Shown here: positions 19,304-19,408 of the stretch, piece after piece
Layout: every line of letters begins with the position of its first letter
How positions within the stretch are numbered: position 1 is the first letter of the stretch
Assembly: GCF_003334385.1 (NCBI RefSeq)
Contig: NZ_QOWN01000061.1
Reading direction: 5' to 3' (one strand)
DNA length: 19,408 bases
DNA from: Escherichia coli
GTDB taxonomy: Bacteria; Pseudomonadota; Gammaproteobacteria; Enterobacterales; Enterobacteriaceae
The notes under the pieces: model-generated
Told to the model about the DNA's origin: nothing
The model's input: the letters and a program-made list of their open reading frames with translations, nothing else
Databases searched by the model: none
Translations under genes and position numbers: made by a program

Positions 19304-19408
19304 TGGGTCAGGATGGCTCATTTGGGCAGGTTGATCTTACCCAGCAATAGTGGACACGCGGCTAAGTGAGTAAACTCTCAGTCAGAGGTGACTCACATGA
19401 CAAAAACA

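Noticed and set aside
19385-19408. Possible start of another gene (GAGG then ATGACAAAAACA) at the window edge
   Set aside because: Only 4 codons are visible, which is too little to call a CDS. It may be the next gene beyond yfdY, but this cannot be supported from the window.

Overview
This window reads as a contiguous, densely coding segment of Escherichia coli core chromosome, matching from memory the K-12 neighbourhood nupC - mntH - ypeC - yfeO - glk - fryB-fryC-ypdF-ypdE-fryA - ypdC-ypdB-ypdA - alaC - ypdK - lpxP - yfdY, in reverse orientation relative to MG1655. Gene names come from recognising the translated products and their synteny; no database search was run. I see no rRNA, tRNA or CRISPR array, and no sign of a horizontally acquired island or defence system. 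The first ~77 nt look like the terminal part of an IS186 copy. The one real anomaly is an in-frame TAG at 10117-10119 that splits the fused HPr-EI-EIIA gene fryA into an 83-codon and a 747-codon ORF. Other points worth a second look are the cryptic fry operon itself (PTS components with two aminopeptidases), the low-complexity secreted protein YpeC, the 23-codon ypdK that the ORF track misses, a REP/BIME cluster, and Fur and MntR operators upstream of mntH. I do not find a previously undescribed system here; the least understood content is the fry operon and ypeC.
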